Positions 41,251 through 54,198 of a stretch of 64,000 nucleotides of DNA are shown here, in pieces. Under the pieces are notes generated by a model that was not told the origin of the DNA, did not search any database, and saw nothing but the letters and a program-made list of their open reading frames with translations. A program made the translations under genes and the position numbers. The DNA is taken from NCBI GenBank assembly GCA_951406725.2, contig OX597829.1, forward strand, positions 2,976,001 through 3,040,000. Reading direction: 5' to 3'. The stretch is from Octopus vulgaris. Lineage: Eukaryota. Positions within the stretch are counted from its first letter, which is position 1; each line of letters starts with the position of its first letter.

Positions 41251-41651
41251 AATTTTGGCCATATATAATCTATATGTGTGTCTCTGTTTGGCCTCCACCA
41301 CTGCTTGACAACCAGTGTTAGTGTGTTTATGTCCCTATAACATAACAGTTCAGCAAAAGAGACTGATGCAATAAGTACCAAACTTGAAAAAACAAAGGTA
41401 CTGAGTTTCATTCGTTTGACTAAAAAGCCCCTTAAGTCAGTGCCCCAACATGACCACAGTCTAATGACTAAAGCAGGTAAAAGTTAAAAGCTAAATGATG
41501 CCAATTATCAATATTAAGGATTTTGGTAAGTGTGACAAAGAATCAGTGGACATACTTTGGAAAAGTAGGCTTAATTTGGGAATGGACGCAGTGTTAAGCA
41601 ATAATTATCAAGAAGATTTTTTATACAAAGAATGGACAAATATGAACAGCA

Positions 41652-41684
<33 letters not shown>

Positions 41685-41695
41685 TAATAATAATG

Positions 41696-41724
<29 letters not shown>

Positions 41725-41727
<3 letters not shown>

Positions 41728-42774
41728 GAGAACAAAAAACTGTTCTCAGTATTTAAGGAAGCTGACAAATACAAACAAAGAAATCATACCACCTAATAAA
41801 CATGAAGAAGAAGAAGAAGAAGAAGAAGAAGATGAAGAAACAACAAAAGCTATAAAACAAATGAAATCCAAACTAAAAATAGAACAGCAATGAACCATGA
41901 TAAAACGATGGCAAGAAAAGCCCCTTCATGGTAAATACTGCACTAAACTAAACGCAAAAGAAATAGACAAAGAAAAATCCCAGCAATGGTTGAGAAGCTC
42001 AGGACTCAAAGCAGAAACAGAAGGATTTTTAATTGCAGCACAAGACCAAAGCCTCCCCACCAGAAATTACCAAAGACATGTAATGAAAAGAAATATTACA
42101 AGTAACTGCAGAATATGTGGAGATGGACAAGAAACAATAAATCATATTATCTCTAGCTGCCCAGTCCTGGCTAAGAAGGAATATATTCACAGACATGACA
42201 GAGTTGGAACCTACATACATTGGAAGCTATGCCAACATTATGGAATAACAACAGAAAAAAGATGGTATAGGCACACACCAGAAAAGGTCACAGAAAACGA
42301 GAAAGCAACCATACTCTGGGATATGCCGATACACACAGATAGAGAAATTAAGGCCAACAGACCAGATATAGTTGTCAGAGATCATGAAGAAAAAAAATGC
42401 TTTCTAATTGATGTATCAATACCGGCAGATGACAACGTGTCTCTAAAAGAAATGGAGAAACTCTCAAAATACAAAGACCTGGAAATAGAAGTAACTAGAA
42501 TGTGGAATCTGAAAACAGAAACAATTCCTATCATAGTAGGTGCATTAGGCATGATAAAAAAATATTCAGACAAATACATAACAAAAACACCAGGACTTAC
42601 AAACACATATAACATACAGAAAATTGCACTACTAGGCACTGCACACATCCTACGCAGAACACTTTCCATACAATAACCATCAGAGCATCACAACAAATCA
42701 CAGCACATACCCAAGGCACACAGAGCTGCGCTCGGTAGTGAAGTGAAAGCACGCTATAAAAACAAAACTACTGA
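41725..42774 (+). mobile_element. 5'-truncated Dong/R4-clade non-LTR retrotransposon (CCHC zinc knuckle plus restriction-like endonuclease), young copy
   Basis: ORF 41897-42676 has LHGKY, AAQDQSLPTRNY, CRICG...ETINHIISSC, RHDRV, LWDMPIHTD, NRPDIV...LIDVSIP, EKLSKYKDL and IVGALG. It has a short 3' UTR and (TAA)n tracts on both sides. One stop (41891) interrupts the upstream frame. Confidence 0.93.
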
Positions 42775-42901
42775 ATAATAATAATAATAATAATAATGAT
42801 GATAATAATGATGATGATGATGATGATGATGATAGTGGTGGTGGTGGTGGTGGTGGTGGTGGCGGCGGCGGCGGCGGCGGTGTTTTAACCCACACACTTT
42901 C

Positions 42902-42932
<31 letters not shown>

Positions 42933-43078
42933 GGTTTCCTTGGTGAGGTAGTTATGGGGGTTTTTTTTCTCAATAATTGGACCTTTTATACTTATAATTC
43001 TTTTTCTTACTTTTCTTCCGGTAAAAATATCTTGTTGATAAAAATTGTAATTTACAATAAAAAAAAAAGAATTATTAT

Positions 43079-43470
43079 GGACAGGTGTGGCTGTGTGGTA
43101 TGAAGCTTGCTTCCCAACTACATGGATCAGGGTTCAGTTACACCGTGTAGCATCTTGGGCAAGTGTCTTCTACTTTATAGTCTCAGGCCAACCAAAGCCT
43201 TTTGAGTGGATTTGGTAGATGAAAACTGAAAGAAGCCTGATATATATGTATGTGTGTGTGGTGTCTCTGCTTGTCCCCCACCACTGCTTGACAACTGGTG
43301 TTGGTGTGTTTACATCCCTGTAACTTAGCAGCTTGGCAAAACTGACCAATAGAATAAGTATCAGACTTAACAAAAAATAAGTCCTGGGGTCGATTCATTT
43401 GATTAAAAATTCTTCAAATTGGTGCCCCAGCATGGCCGCAGTCTAGTGACTGAATCAAATAAAAGATAAA
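43079..43470 (+). mobile_element. tRNA-derived SINE family A
   Basis: Same head, core and tail; inverted relative to the 44008-44393 copy. Confidence 0.85.
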
Positions 43471-43999
43471 ACATTTCATGCTTTATTAAAAAGCAGCAAA
43501 AATATCACAAAAAGATTTCGTGTTCTCTCAATAGTTTATTTAATTCTTATGACATCAATTTTTTTTATTTTTGCTTTCTCAAAATTGGTTCATGCACTAG
43601 GTAAGATTATAATGAACGATTCACCTTAGCCTTGCTGACTTACTTAATCCTTGTTAGTAACTTAAACTTTTCTACCTTAACAGGATGCAACATGACTAGA
43701 AATAAAATCAAACAAAATATAATGAAAACAATTCCAATTAGATAATATAAACAAGAAATGTTAATCACAAACATAAATGAAAGTTAGTTTTACGAATTGG
43801 TTTCCTCACTGAATCTTGAATGAATAAACCAGCAAATAAAAGGACAATTAATCAAAACAACTGACCACAACATAAAACGCTTGGTGATGTTGAACATGTT
43901 TGCTTTTATTAAGCACAGCTCTTCTCTAAATGAATAAACATTTGATCAAAGGAGCTCCAGCCATGACCATCTCAGCTTATTTTATACAAGTGTCTACAT

Positions 44000-44709
44000 T
44001 AGTGGTTATTCTTTTACTTGTTTCAGTCATTTGACTGCGGCCATGCTGGAGCACCGCCTTTAATCGAGCAAATCGACCCTGGGACTTATTCTTTGGAAGC
44101 CCAGTACTTATTCTATCGGTCTCTTTTGCCGAACCGCTAGGTAACGGGGACGTAAACACACCAGCATCGGTTGTCAAGCAATGCTAGGGAGACAAACACA
44201 GACACACAAACACACACACACACATATATACATATATACGACGGGCTTCTTTCAGTTTCCGTCTACCAAATCCACTCACAAGGCTTTGGTCAGCCCGAGG
44301 CCATAGTAGAAGACACTTGCCCAAGGTGCCACGCAATGGGACTGAACCCGGAACCGTGTGGCTGGTAAACAAGCTACTTACCACACAGCCACTCAACTAT
44401 TTTTTGCCTATGTACCCCTTTGATTCCTATCTTATTTTAAAGGACCCTCATAGCCATTCAATTTAATAAATCCTTAAATCCTTAAAAATGTTTCAGCCTG
44501 AAGGCTGCGGCCATGCTGGGGCACCACCGTTAATAAATGAATCCTATTATATTTTTTATAATCAAATACTATTAGGAATTATATAAGAAAAAATTGTTAA
44601 AATATTTTGTTTATTGTTGTAATATAACCAATTTATTATACATAAACTTTAACAACAAAATTTTATATGGACACTTAAAGGTCACATGAACCCCAGTTGA
44701 GAACCCCTG
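44000..44709. mobile_element. hAT-type MITE whose left TIR is split by a SINE
   Basis: The right end reads CAGGGGTTCTCAAC on the minus strand. The left end is tAGTGGTT[SINE]CTCAAC. The 8-bp flanks are gtctacat and atctacac. Confidence 0.65.
44008..44393 (-). mobile_element. tRNA-derived SINE family A, CpG-rich (young) copy nested in a hAT MITE
   Basis: Family match with many retained CpGs. Confidence 0.88.
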
Positions 44710-44802
44710 ATCTACACTGTCCAAAGTAACCTTCTTCATTTTAGATGGCTGAGTGAGATTCATATACATATATATATATGCATTATACATATATATATGT
44801 GG

Positions 44803-44843
<41 letters not shown>

Positions 44844-45687
44844 TTATACATACATATATATATATATATATATATGCATATACATATATATATATGCATA
44901 TACATATGTAAATATATATATCCTTTGCCATGATAGATCGCTAGCCACTACACATTCTTTATTTTGTTTCTTTTTGTGTTTCTTTCTGTAGAAGAGCGTA
45001 GGCTCGAAATGTTAAAGACTTTTTCACTTCCCGATCGTTATACCAATACATCTATTTGTTGTGTACACCACCTGTCTTCTTCTTGTTTCTTTGTGAATTC
45101 TCCACATATATATATATATATACAACTTGAGATACTCATCTTCCTTTGGTTTTTGTTATCCTTCTTCCTCTAATATATACCTGCCAACTTAGAAGCCTAC
45201 TATGGATCCCTAGCTCCAGCCTCAGCTGTGAACTTTTAATACTAATGGATGACCAATTATAGTACTTACACAATATACGTTTAGATCACCAGTGAACTAA
45301 ACCCTTCATAGATCGATAGAATCATTTTCCTTTTATGGCAAAATATGGACCTAATTCAGTAAAATTATGAAGTTTACTCTAAAAACTATGCATAAAACGC
45401 AACATATTTTATTTTTTTGTAGATTAGGTAGGTATAATTAACCTCTGCCTTTCAATCTCAGTATTAAAACTATGCATAGTACTGCTGTAGTACATATGCT
45501 GTGTACATTCCTACAACAACGCTTTCTTTACACACTATAAAGGCAGAAGTAAATCAGTCACATGGCTGTGTTTCACTTTTTTTGTGTGTCTTTTACTACA
45601 TAAATGTCACCAACTGCTGACCCTGAGTAATTACTGATGGCACATGCCTGGTATGTATGTATATATGCATAAATGCATGTATGCATG

Positions 45688-45727
<40 letters not shown>

Positions 45728-46224
45728 CAATTTGGAAACAACTTGCAGATGCCGGTGCTACCAGTAAAAAGCTCTGCATATTGGACACTTTTATGTTTAT
45801 GGGGTCATCAGGGAAGAGTGTATGCCATTTTAGGGCCTTCTTCTTGACAGCATTATTATGTGCCCACCCCCTCACTGAGATCAGGCACCCCTTGCTAGAT
45901 CTACTGTTTACTAGGTATTGCTTAATATTCTTCTGGCCAGTGCTCATCGTCTCTATTTAACCAAATCTAGTGGCTTGCCTCCCCAACTGTAGTCTGGATA
46001 TCATTCACGGGGTATTTGCTTTATGATGGGTTAGGCCTAGCGACAACAGCAATCACCTCATACTGTTTTCAGTGAGTCCTCTACATCACTCTGCTTTCCA
46101 GCCTACTTCTTCACTTTCCTTGAGGAAGTGTTTATAATGGTCGATCTTTTGAGTCCAAGTGGTGTCCATGTTATCTTCATGAGGAACTGTTAACTAGACT
46201 AGATTTGCTACTTTCTTTCTTCCA

Positions 46225-46760
46225 CATCATCATCATCGTCTAACATCCGCTTTCTATGCTAGCATGGGTTGGATGAATGACTGAGGGCTGGCAAACCAGA
46301 TGGCTGCACTAGGCTTCAATCTTGATCTGGCAGAGTTTCTACAACTGGATGCCGTTCCTAATGCCAACCACTCCGAGAGTGTAGTGGGTGCTTTTACATG
46401 CCACCGGCACGGGGCCAGTCAGGCGGTACTGGCAACGACCTCGCTCAAATCTTTTGCACATGCCACCAGCACAGGTGCCAGTAAGGCAATGCTGGTAATG
46501 ATCATGCTCGAATGGTGCCTTTTACGTGCCACCGGTACGGAGGCCAGTTAGCCGCTCTGGCAACAATCATGCTCAGATGGTGCTCTTAATACCCTACTAG
46601 CATGGACCTTGAGTGCCAGTAAGGCGACGCTGGTAACGATCATGCTCAAATGGTGCCTTTTAAGTGCCACTGGCATGGAAGCCGGTTAGCCACTCTGTCA
46701 ATGATCACAATCGTATGGAGCTCTTTGCACCCTGCTAACACGGATGCCAGTCATCGAATT
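46225..46760 (-). mobile_element. RTE-tail SINE-like element (family D) with a degenerate array of about 66-bp subunits
   Basis: Tail ...gttaggaa.ggcatccag...aacccatgctagcat.gaaagcgga.gtta...(GAT)n. Further copies at about 24010-24140, 25010-25195, 27340-27620, 36390-37115, 39430-39748, 52230-52400 and 53385-53640. Confidence 0.8.
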
Positions 46761-47694
46761 TGATTGGAAAGGGAAAGAATTCTTGGTACCCGGGTAAATC
46801 TGAAGCCACCTCCCAATGGCTGTTCTATTTTTCATCATTCACAGGAAGTTTCTTTTTCTTCAAACACATCTACTATCCCGGACACATGAAGGTAATGAAA
46901 TATCTTGCTAGTTTCTTCTGTGATTTCTTGCCCCTGCTGATTAAAGCAACTTGGTTCTCTGTAGTACTGAAGAGGGCCTTCAGAACCATATTTTTCTTCT
47001 GGCTTATCTATCCAACACCAGTGAACAGTTGAAGAAAATGTTTCAGTGTCACAACTTTCCCACATCTGCATTTATCGCTCTTTGATATGTTCCATCTCAC
47101 TAAGTTTGTAGGTGATATTAAGGCATTGTAGGGTGAATGAACAAAAAAAAAAACAACTTAGCCATGATGTATTCCATTTCCACATTTCCTTCCAACTTAT
47201 TTTTCTCTCAATCACATTTTCCTCCCATCTTGTCATCTGCCCTTATTGAGAGCATCAAATCAACTGAAGATCTCTTCTCTCCATTTCCTTTGCCTTGAAG
47301 CTGTTACTGATAACAAATATATATATATATATATATAGTGAGATTGATGCATTCTCGGTATTGATATTTTGATATTTTAAGTAATGTAAATATTGATACT
47401 TTGGATGTATTATTTAAATATGCTAGCCATATGCTCATACGTTCGTGCACAAATGTAAACAAGGGAACTCTCAAATAACTAAGCAAAAACATGTAAGCCA
47501 ATAAATATAGACTTATGTGTAAATAAAGAAACACATGCCTATAACTAGATAAATATATTCCTCACAACAGAAAACCAAACATACAGACACTTATATTGTG
47601 TGTGTGCGTGTGTGTCTGTGTGTGTGTGTGTGTGTGTATATACCTTTATGCATATCATCATCATCTTCATTTAACGTCCGTTTTCCATGCTAGC

Positions 47695-47758
<64 letters not shown>

Positions 47759-48230
47759 ATATATATACAAGATAAGAAAATGGAGAAATACATCTAAATC
47801 AAATATCAATTACCAGATAATACTCAATCACATACTTTATTAAACCACCACATAAGAGACTGTAGGGTTAAACATATATGTATTTATATATGCATATGCG
47901 TACATGCATAAATGCAGGAATGATTGTGTGGTAAGAAGTTTGATTTTCAACAACATGGTTCCAGGTTCAGTCCCACTGCTTGGCACCTTGAACAAATATC
48001 TTCTATTACAGCTTCAGGCTGACTAAAGCTTTGAGACTGGATATGCTTCACGGAAACTGAAAGAAACCCATCATGTGTGTGTGTGTGTGTTTGTGTGTTT
48101 GTGTGGTGTGTTTGTGTTTGTGTGTGGTGTGTGTGCATCATCATCACTTAACATCTGTTGGACTAGAAAAGAAAACAGTATCTCATCCAAAAATAGACAT
48201 ATTTTAAAAAATCAAAACATATCAACTAGA

Positions 48231-49164
48231 TTATGGCTGGGAGATAACAATATACACCAAGTAGCTGCCTTCATCTTTCACCACAGCATCAAAACAATTC
48301 CAGAACCTGGCACATGCATTCTTCACAGTATTGCTGGAAAGATCTTCAAACACCTCCTTGATCTTAAGCGCCATCTCAGCCTTAGTGGTGTTGTAGGCAG
48401 ACAAGTTGATGTCTTTCTCAGCCAAGTTCCACACACGGTAATCCATGGGGTCACAATCAGGTTAATCAGGAGGCAGAAATTGGGGCTGGTGATAACAATA
48501 TACACCAAGTAGATGCCTTCATCTCCCACCACAGCCACAGAAATTGAGGCTGGTGAAATTGTAAAAATTTTCTGACTACTTCTGTCTTTTCCAGGAAGCA
48601 CAGCAAGGAACTAAATCCTGTTGCTACACATATGGCCTTCAAGCAACAACCCTTTCCAGTGAGGACTTGGACACATTCTCCAGCAGCTTCACCAACAGGA
48701 AAGGACACAGCATGTATTGTAACAGCATCCACATGCAGAAGTTGATTAATGAAATTGAGGTGGCTATGGGAAGCTGCTGAAGAATGTGTCCAAGTCCTCA
48801 CTGGAGAGGGTTGTTGCTGGAAGGCCATATGTGTAGCAACAGGATTTAGTTCCTTGCTGTGCTTCCTGGAAAAGACAGAAGTAGTCAGAAAATTTTTACA
48901 ATTTCACCAGCCTCAATTTCTGTGGCTGTGGTGGGAGATGAGGGCAGCTACTTGGTGTATATTGTTATCACCAGCCCCAATTTCTGCCTCCTGATTAACC
49001 TGATTGTGACCCCCATGGATTACTGTGTGTGGAACTTGGCTGAGAAAGACATCAACTTGTCTGCCTACAACACCACTAAGGCTGAGATGGCGCTTAAGAT
49101 CAAGGAGGTGTTTGAAGATCTTTCCAGCAATACTGTGAAGAATGCATGTGCCAGGTTCTGGAAT
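48231..49164. mobile_element. Inverted duplication of a Tc1/mariner-superfamily transposase C-terminal fragment (fold-back)
   Basis: Arms 48297-48690 and 48770-49164 are reverse complements with about 7 differences by eye. They encode a decayed (WPP.SPD..)PMDY.VWNLAEKDIN...VKNACARF...AVV.DEGSY. Confidence 0.88.
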
Positions 49165-50295
49165 GTCTTGAGGCTATTGGTCTCATAATTATAAGTTAGT
49201 CTAGGATGGCTCGGTTACTGAAGAGGATTTGCCTGGTAAATTAAATTATTTTATTTTATTTACTAAAAAAATCCGAAACCTATAAGTATAACCGTAAAAA
49301 CAAGGTAAAAGTTTTTATTTTTCATTCCCTATGAAATTGCTTAAATTTTTTGTGGTCTTCAGTTGTTTTGACTGTCTCCTAGTGTGTAGAAATTGCCTGT
49401 TATAGGTAATTTCTCTTTGTTTAAATGTACACAATTTCATATTGAATAATATGTCCTCTATTGACTTTTCATGCATGCTAGGCCACTGGTAGTAAATTTG
49501 TAAAAATTTAATACCCTATATAGATATATATATGTGTGTTGTGTATTTTTGTGTCAGTATTTGACACCCACCACCACTTAACATCTGGTGTTGATGTGTT
49601 TGTGGTGGTGCCCCAGCATGGCCAAGGTGAAACACATAACAGAATAAAAGAATACATACACACACACAAACACACACACATATATACATAAATGGCAATT
49701 TCTGTTTGTTGATCTGACTGTTACCATCTTGCTACCTACACCAGTGAACCAATCTTGACAAAACTTTGCATACATGTTAAACTAACAAAACTAACATCCA
49801 GTTCTATTATAGGCAAATTGGATTTCAATAAAAATCTATAATGGGTCCCCTATGGGAGTGGGGCTATTATTTGATAAAATGATAAGGGTGCAAGAATGTT
49901 AATCTGAGGGAAATATGGTGGCATAGTGAGTGTGGCTGATATCACAGAAGAGGAGAATAATGTTGTGTAAGCAACAAATATGGAGTGGAAGTGGGATGGC
50001 AATGTTAATACAGCTGTAAGTCAGGGATATACACATGATGCTGTGTACATACTTTCATAAATACATAGATACATGCATACACACACAAATACACACTTGC
50101 ACATACACATGAGTAACTTTTAAAATGCAGATGAAGGGAAAGGTAGGTGTGAGGTTTAAGGTGAGAGTGGGGTAGATGGCTTTTCTGCTGCCCTTCACAA
50201 GGAAACACTCACACACAGACACACACACATTCATACATTTTAAACTCAAGATTACCTGTGTGTATGTTTGTAAATGCGTGTATGTATGTATTTGT

Positions 50296-50363
<68 letters not shown>

Positions 50364-50759
50364 CGTCCTATAACTGTCTGTCTCTCTACTTTTGCAGGGT
50401 CTTCCCTGTTGCTGTCATATATTGTGAAATTTTAAAATTATGTCAAAATCTTAAAATTTGGTATATTGAAATAATTTTCCATGTTAAATCTGATTTTGTT
50501 ATTTATTTGTTCCAGAAAAATTGCACAAAAATGTTACTGAGGTTTAAAGTTGAATCAATTTTACCTAATCAGAAAACAGGATTTGGAAGCTGGTATTTTC
50601 TGCATGATAGCTGTCTATCACAAAATGAAAGCAAAATCATTACAAGGAAGAATGTTTTATTAAACAAAGGAAAGCAAAGCATTACAATGACCAAAGTTGT
50701 AAAAACTTCTGAAGTTTCAATAAATTTTAATAAATAAAGTCATGTGAAACGGTCAGACA

Positions 50760-51101
50760 TTCTTTTATTCTTTTACATGTTTCAGTCATTTGACTGTGGC
50801 CATACTGGAGCACCGCCTTTAGTTGAGCAAATCAACCCCAGGACATGCTTTGTAAGCCTAGTACTTATTCTATTGGCTCCTTTTGCTGAATCGCTAAGTT
50901 ACAGGGACGTAAACACACCAGCATCGATTGTCAAGTGATGTTGGGCTTCTTTCAATTTCTGTCTACCAAATCCACTCACAAGGCTTTGGTCGCCCCAAGG
51001 CTACAGTAGAAGACACTTGCCCAAGGTGCCATGCAGTGGGACTGAACCTGGAACTATGTGGTTGGTAAGCAAGCTACTTACCACACAGCCACTCCTACAC
51101 C
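50760..51101 (-). mobile_element. tRNA-derived SINE family A lacking the internal microsatellite
   Basis: Family match; the two halves join directly at about 50940. Confidence 0.85.
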
Positions 51102-51574
51102 TATGTAAATAATTTAAAAAGGAACAAAATCTTCAACGAAGTTTTTTCACCAAAACTGGCACAAATCTCTCCTGATCAAGAGACATATTTGTTGGGGAAG
51201 GCATGGTCTGACATGGAATAAGCAAAAATTTATATAAGGCATTCTATTGTAAAAATTATCAGGCAATGATGGGTTATTCAGCTACTATACATGTGTGTGT
51301 GTGTGTGTGTGTATCTGTGTGTACAATCATATTTTGTGTTATCACTGTCTCTTTGCCTTGATTTTACACGATTGTTGAAAAATAATGTCACAGTCACATA
51401 AGCGGTATCCATTGCTTCCTATCTTTCAAGACATGTCTGGGCATGAGGAAACATTATTACCTTGCACTGAGACATGAGAGAGCTGGCATCCAGGTGTGAA
51501 GAGTGGTTGTTGAATGATAATGATGAAGATGATGCTGATATGTGTGTGCGTGCATGTGTGTGTGTGCGTGTGTG

Positions 51575-51651
<77 letters not shown>

Positions 51652-51772
51652 TTAATATGCCTGTTTCCCAGCCACATAGTCTCAGCTTCAACCTCACTGA
51701 GTTACACATTAAACATCTCGATGACTAAACCATTTTTAGTGAATTTCATAAATGGAAACTGAAAGAAGCCTG

Positions 51773-51833
<61 letters not shown>

Positions 51834-52155
51834 ATCATCATCATTTAGTGATTGCTTTCCAAGCTGGCAGTTTGACTGGAATTAGTAAGCCAGAGAGTTT
51901 TTGCAGTTCCAGTCTGATTTTGGCATGGTTTCTCTGGCTGGCTACCCTTCCTAACACCAACCACCTCACAGAGTGTGCCACATTCCTTTCACATATCACT
52001 GGCAGGGGTGCCTTTTACCTCTCATTGTCACATATGCCTTTTAGATGTTACCAGCATTGTCCACAACTACAATCTCACTTGGCGTGATGAGTCTTCTCAA
52101 GCACAGCATATCACCATATTCCCTTCCATATATTTGCAATAGAAATGTCTGTGTG

Positions 52156-52197
<42 letters not shown>

Positions 52198-53968
52198 TGT
52201 GTGTGTGCATGTGTGTTTGTATGATCCTTATCATCATTATCGTTTAACGTCCGCTTTCCATGCAGGCATGGGTTGGATGGTTCGAGTGAGGACTGGCAAA
52301 CCAGGTGGCTGCACCAGACTCCAATCTGATCTGGCAGAGTATCTACAGTTGGATCCCCTTCCTAAAGCCAACCACTCTGAGAGTGTAGTTGGTGCTTTTT
52401 ATATTTCTATTTACCTGTCAATTAATTATAGAGGTAAAACTCTCTTATTTACATATAGAATGCATTACCTATCATATATGACAGTTAGTGTAAAGAAACC
52501 AAGGGATATAAGTCCAATAAGATAAAAAATATCTCTTTGAGAGATGGACATACTGAGAGAGATATGGACACAGAGAGTGAGAGAAAGAGAGAGATGGACA
52601 CACTGTGAGATGGAGATAAACTACCAATTATATCAATATATTATTTTTGTGATGCTAAAATTAAAGCTCCATATTGTCTGTGCTCTATATATATCAGTGG
52701 ATATAACTTTTCATGTCTACATTATTTGTTGGACAACTAATGAATGTAAATATAAAAGTGCTTGCTAGTTCATTAACTTGCAGTTTTAGTTATCAGGGAA
52801 TGAATTCACAGTTCTCTACTGAGTACATTAGGAATACGTTATTCAATATGGCTTTCCTTTTTTCGGAACGCAAAGGAAAATTTAGCTGCTAATTCTAGCA
52901 AATCAAGCATACGCCAGAGGAGCTCCTGCAGTGGTTTGGGACTGTATGCTATGGAAGAGATAGTAGTGACCATTGTCGTTATCATGACTGGTAGTAGTGA
53001 TAATCGTGGTGGTGGGACCAATGGTCATTGTGGCCATATGTAATGGTGGTCATGGTCGTGATTGTCTCCACGATGATGATGATTATGATCTTCATCATCA
53101 CTGTCACCACTGGTAGTAATGGTTATGATTTGTCTTTCTATCTTCATTCTTTCTTTTATCTTGTTTCAGTCATTAGACTGCGGCCATGCTGGGGCACTGC
53201 CTTGAAGAATTTTAGTCAAATAAATCGATCCCAATATTTTTTTACTTTTCAAGCCTGATACTTATTCTATCGATCTCTTTAACCAAAGTTACAGGGACAT
53301 AAACACACCAACACTAGTTATCAAGCAGTGGTAGAGGCCAAACACAGACACACACAGACATACACATATACATACATATCGCCTTGCTGGCACCTGTGCC
53401 AGTGGCATGTGTAAAAGATTTGAGTGAGGTCGTTGCCAGGACCGCCTGACTGGCCCCGTGCCGGTGGCACATAAAAGCACCCACTACACTCTCGAAGTGG
53501 TTGGCATTAGGAAGGGCATCCAGTTGTAGAAACTGCCAAATCAAGATTGGAGCCTGGTGCAGCCATCTGGTTCGCCAGCCCTCAGTCAAATCATCCAACC
53601 CATGCTAGCATGGAAAGCGGACGTTAAACGATGATGATGATATATATATATATATACCTGATCACGTGACCGACCAGGCTATCAGATGTTCCTACACATC
53701 ACTGGTCACAATGCACTTCACATTGTTTTAGCCTTCAAATGACACCACCCCGCTTGCTAAACAAGCAGGCTAAACAAGCAGTTGTGGTGAAAGAGTACAG
53801 CAGAGATCGCCACCACCCACCCCCTGCCAGAGCCTAGTGGAGCTTGTGTTTTCACTGAATAAACACTCACAACGACCAGTCTGGGAATCGAAACCGTGAT
53901 CCTACGACCATGAGTCCGCTGCCCTAACCACTGGGTCATTGCACCTCCACATATATATATATATATAT

Positions 53969-54198
53969 ATTTCTTTACTACCCACAAGGGGCTAAACATA
54001 GAGGGGACAAACAAGGACAGACAAAGGGATTAAGTCGATTAGATCGACCCCAGTGCGTAACTGGTACTTAATTTATCGACCCCGAAAGGATGAAAGGCAA
54101 AGTCGACCTCGGCGGAATTTGAACTCGGAACGTAACGACAGACGAAATACTGCTACGAATTTCGCCCGGCGTGCTAATGTTTCTGCCAGCTCGCCGCC
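53969..54198 (-). mobile_element. tRNA-derived SINE family B, young copy
   Basis: Reverse complement of 16746-16978 with retained CpGs. Confidence 0.88.

Noticed and set aside
45720-47330. Complex sequence flanking the 46.2-46.8 kb element, possibly another LINE remnant (a CRCGK motif on the minus strand)
   Set aside because: Too decayed to assign a family by eye.
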